Shown piece by piece: positions 62,556 to 64,000 of a stretch of 64,000 nt of DNA. Position numbers and translations under genes: made by a program. Source of the stretch: Hemiscyllium ocellatum (Eukaryota); NCBI RefSeq assembly GCF_020745735.1, contig NC_083409.1:41250048-41314047 (forward strand), read 5' to 3'. Positions within the stretch are counted from its first letter, which is position 1; each line of letters opens with the position of its first letter. Below the pieces are notes generated by a model. It saw only the letters and a program-made list of their open reading frames with translations, ran no database searches and was not told the DNA's origin.

Positions 62556-64000
62556 ACAGTGCATGGTGAAGTTGGACAGAGTATTTAAGAAACACCCCAC
62601 TGGTCCCATTAAATTCTGATCTTTCTTTTGAAGTCTTTCATTTGCTATCATAAGCTGCACAGCTCCTTTGGGCTGTCTACTGTCTCAAGAAGCATTGTCG
62701 AGAATTTTTTCTTCATTGCTAACTGCAATATATCTGTGAGGAGACAGCATTTCACAGTGGAGAGGTCAAATTTGATAATTGTGTTGTTATTAAAGGACCC
62801 TCTCATTCATCTTATACAATTTCTCTCAGCAGCTTTCCTTCCAGCAGGCTGTAATTGAATTGAAAGTGTGCATTCTTCAGTGTTTGGTGTTGAAATATTA
62901 AATTTTATATTTTTATTCGTGTACCAGTGACAGTAAACAGCTTTGTGCCTTTTTAACACATTCCAAATGGGAAAGAGCACTGATCTAATTAGCAACATTG
63001 TAATGGTCTTCCACATAGTCATTCCAGTTGCGTATTTCTTAAAAACTGCTGTTACCAAGAGGTTTCTTTGTGGTAAATACATGAGTTGAAGGAATGCTTC
63101 TTGTCTACCACTACACAGGACAAAATCTATTGGGAATTACTTCTTTCTGCAGACATCAAAATAATGACCTTAGAATCCTGAATATTCCATTCAAAAGATA
63201 TCCCGAAAATAAACCAGTTAAAGTGAATGAATCCTGGGAGCAGAAAGGCAATCCAGGCATAGCTAGGGAAGATTTTCTTTTGTGTATCATGTATGAGATG
63301 AGTTTGTATCACAATGGGAACATTTCAATGATTGTGAATGATAAAGAAAATTTTGTTTACCATGAGGTTGGATTTCCATTCTCTCTGATCCTATTCAGGT
63401 GACTCACTGAATGATTTCCAAAACATTATCTGTCACCATTAAGATGGAATTTGTGTGAGCAATACTCTCATTGCTGCTGTGCACAAATACAGCCTTCACA
63501 ATAATTGGATCAGATATCAAAGCATTATATACAGTTCCCATTCTGTGTCTCCTGTTTTGGTAAAAGTAAAGCTCCTGGGTACGTTTTTCTTCTCCATGCT
63601 CTTCAGTATGTGTATTATGAAATTCTACAAAAAGATGTATGAGATGTGCAAAACATAAGAGCCAGCCTTTTTTCTTATTTTCAGTACCCTAAGGCGTTTC
63701 ATTTCTTAATACTGGCTTTCAAATCATATGTGCAAGGTTCAACTTCATTTGCGAACAAAGATAACAAAATGTCACAGAGAGCACTGGTTTATTAATGGAT
63801 TATATTGATGACAGATGATGTGAATAATTAGCTGCCCAGTAGCAAGCTGTTTGACTCTGACCTTTAACTTACTCAGTCGAAGACTGGATTCTGCCACAAA
63901 GTGAGACTTCATTCACATAGCCCTAAATGTGAAAAATTAACCTGTCCACCATGTGGGTGTTTATATTCCGTAGAAAATCAGCCCCGTTCCCTTGAGGTTA

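Noticed and set aside
1-64000. Most ORFs in the six-frame track as host genes
   Set aside because: They are short, often start at non-ATG codons, and map to TE fragments or their antisense strands; no recognisable cellular protein.

Overview
A repeat-rich vertebrate non-coding window with no intact protein-coding gene. The repeat content (HE1-type tRNA-derived SINEs, CR1/HER1-type LINEs, Penelope-like elements) suggests a cartilaginous fish, probably a shark; this is inference. Most listed ORFs are fragments or antisense shadows of decayed transposons: two CR1 subfamilies, a CR1/L2-group LINE with a partner SINE, an L1-clade LINE, a Tx1 tail, a Gypsy internal region, solo LTRs and a Harbinger-type Myb/SANT remnant. 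Two things stand out. (1) About a dozen Penelope-derived inserts, several of them fold-back palindromes, carry minimal type I hammerhead ribozyme motifs. Three motifs (25167, 31974, 34507) look intact on the + strand while their mirror copies on the - strand are mutated. (2) A ~460-bp inverted repeat of non-recognisable sequence (24464-24937 / 26839-27293) has a ~96% identical core and a G-U-biased mismatch pattern that suggests a + strand long RNA duplex; one intact hammerhead lies in its loop. All alignments and counts were made by eye, and boundaries without a stated TSD are approximate.
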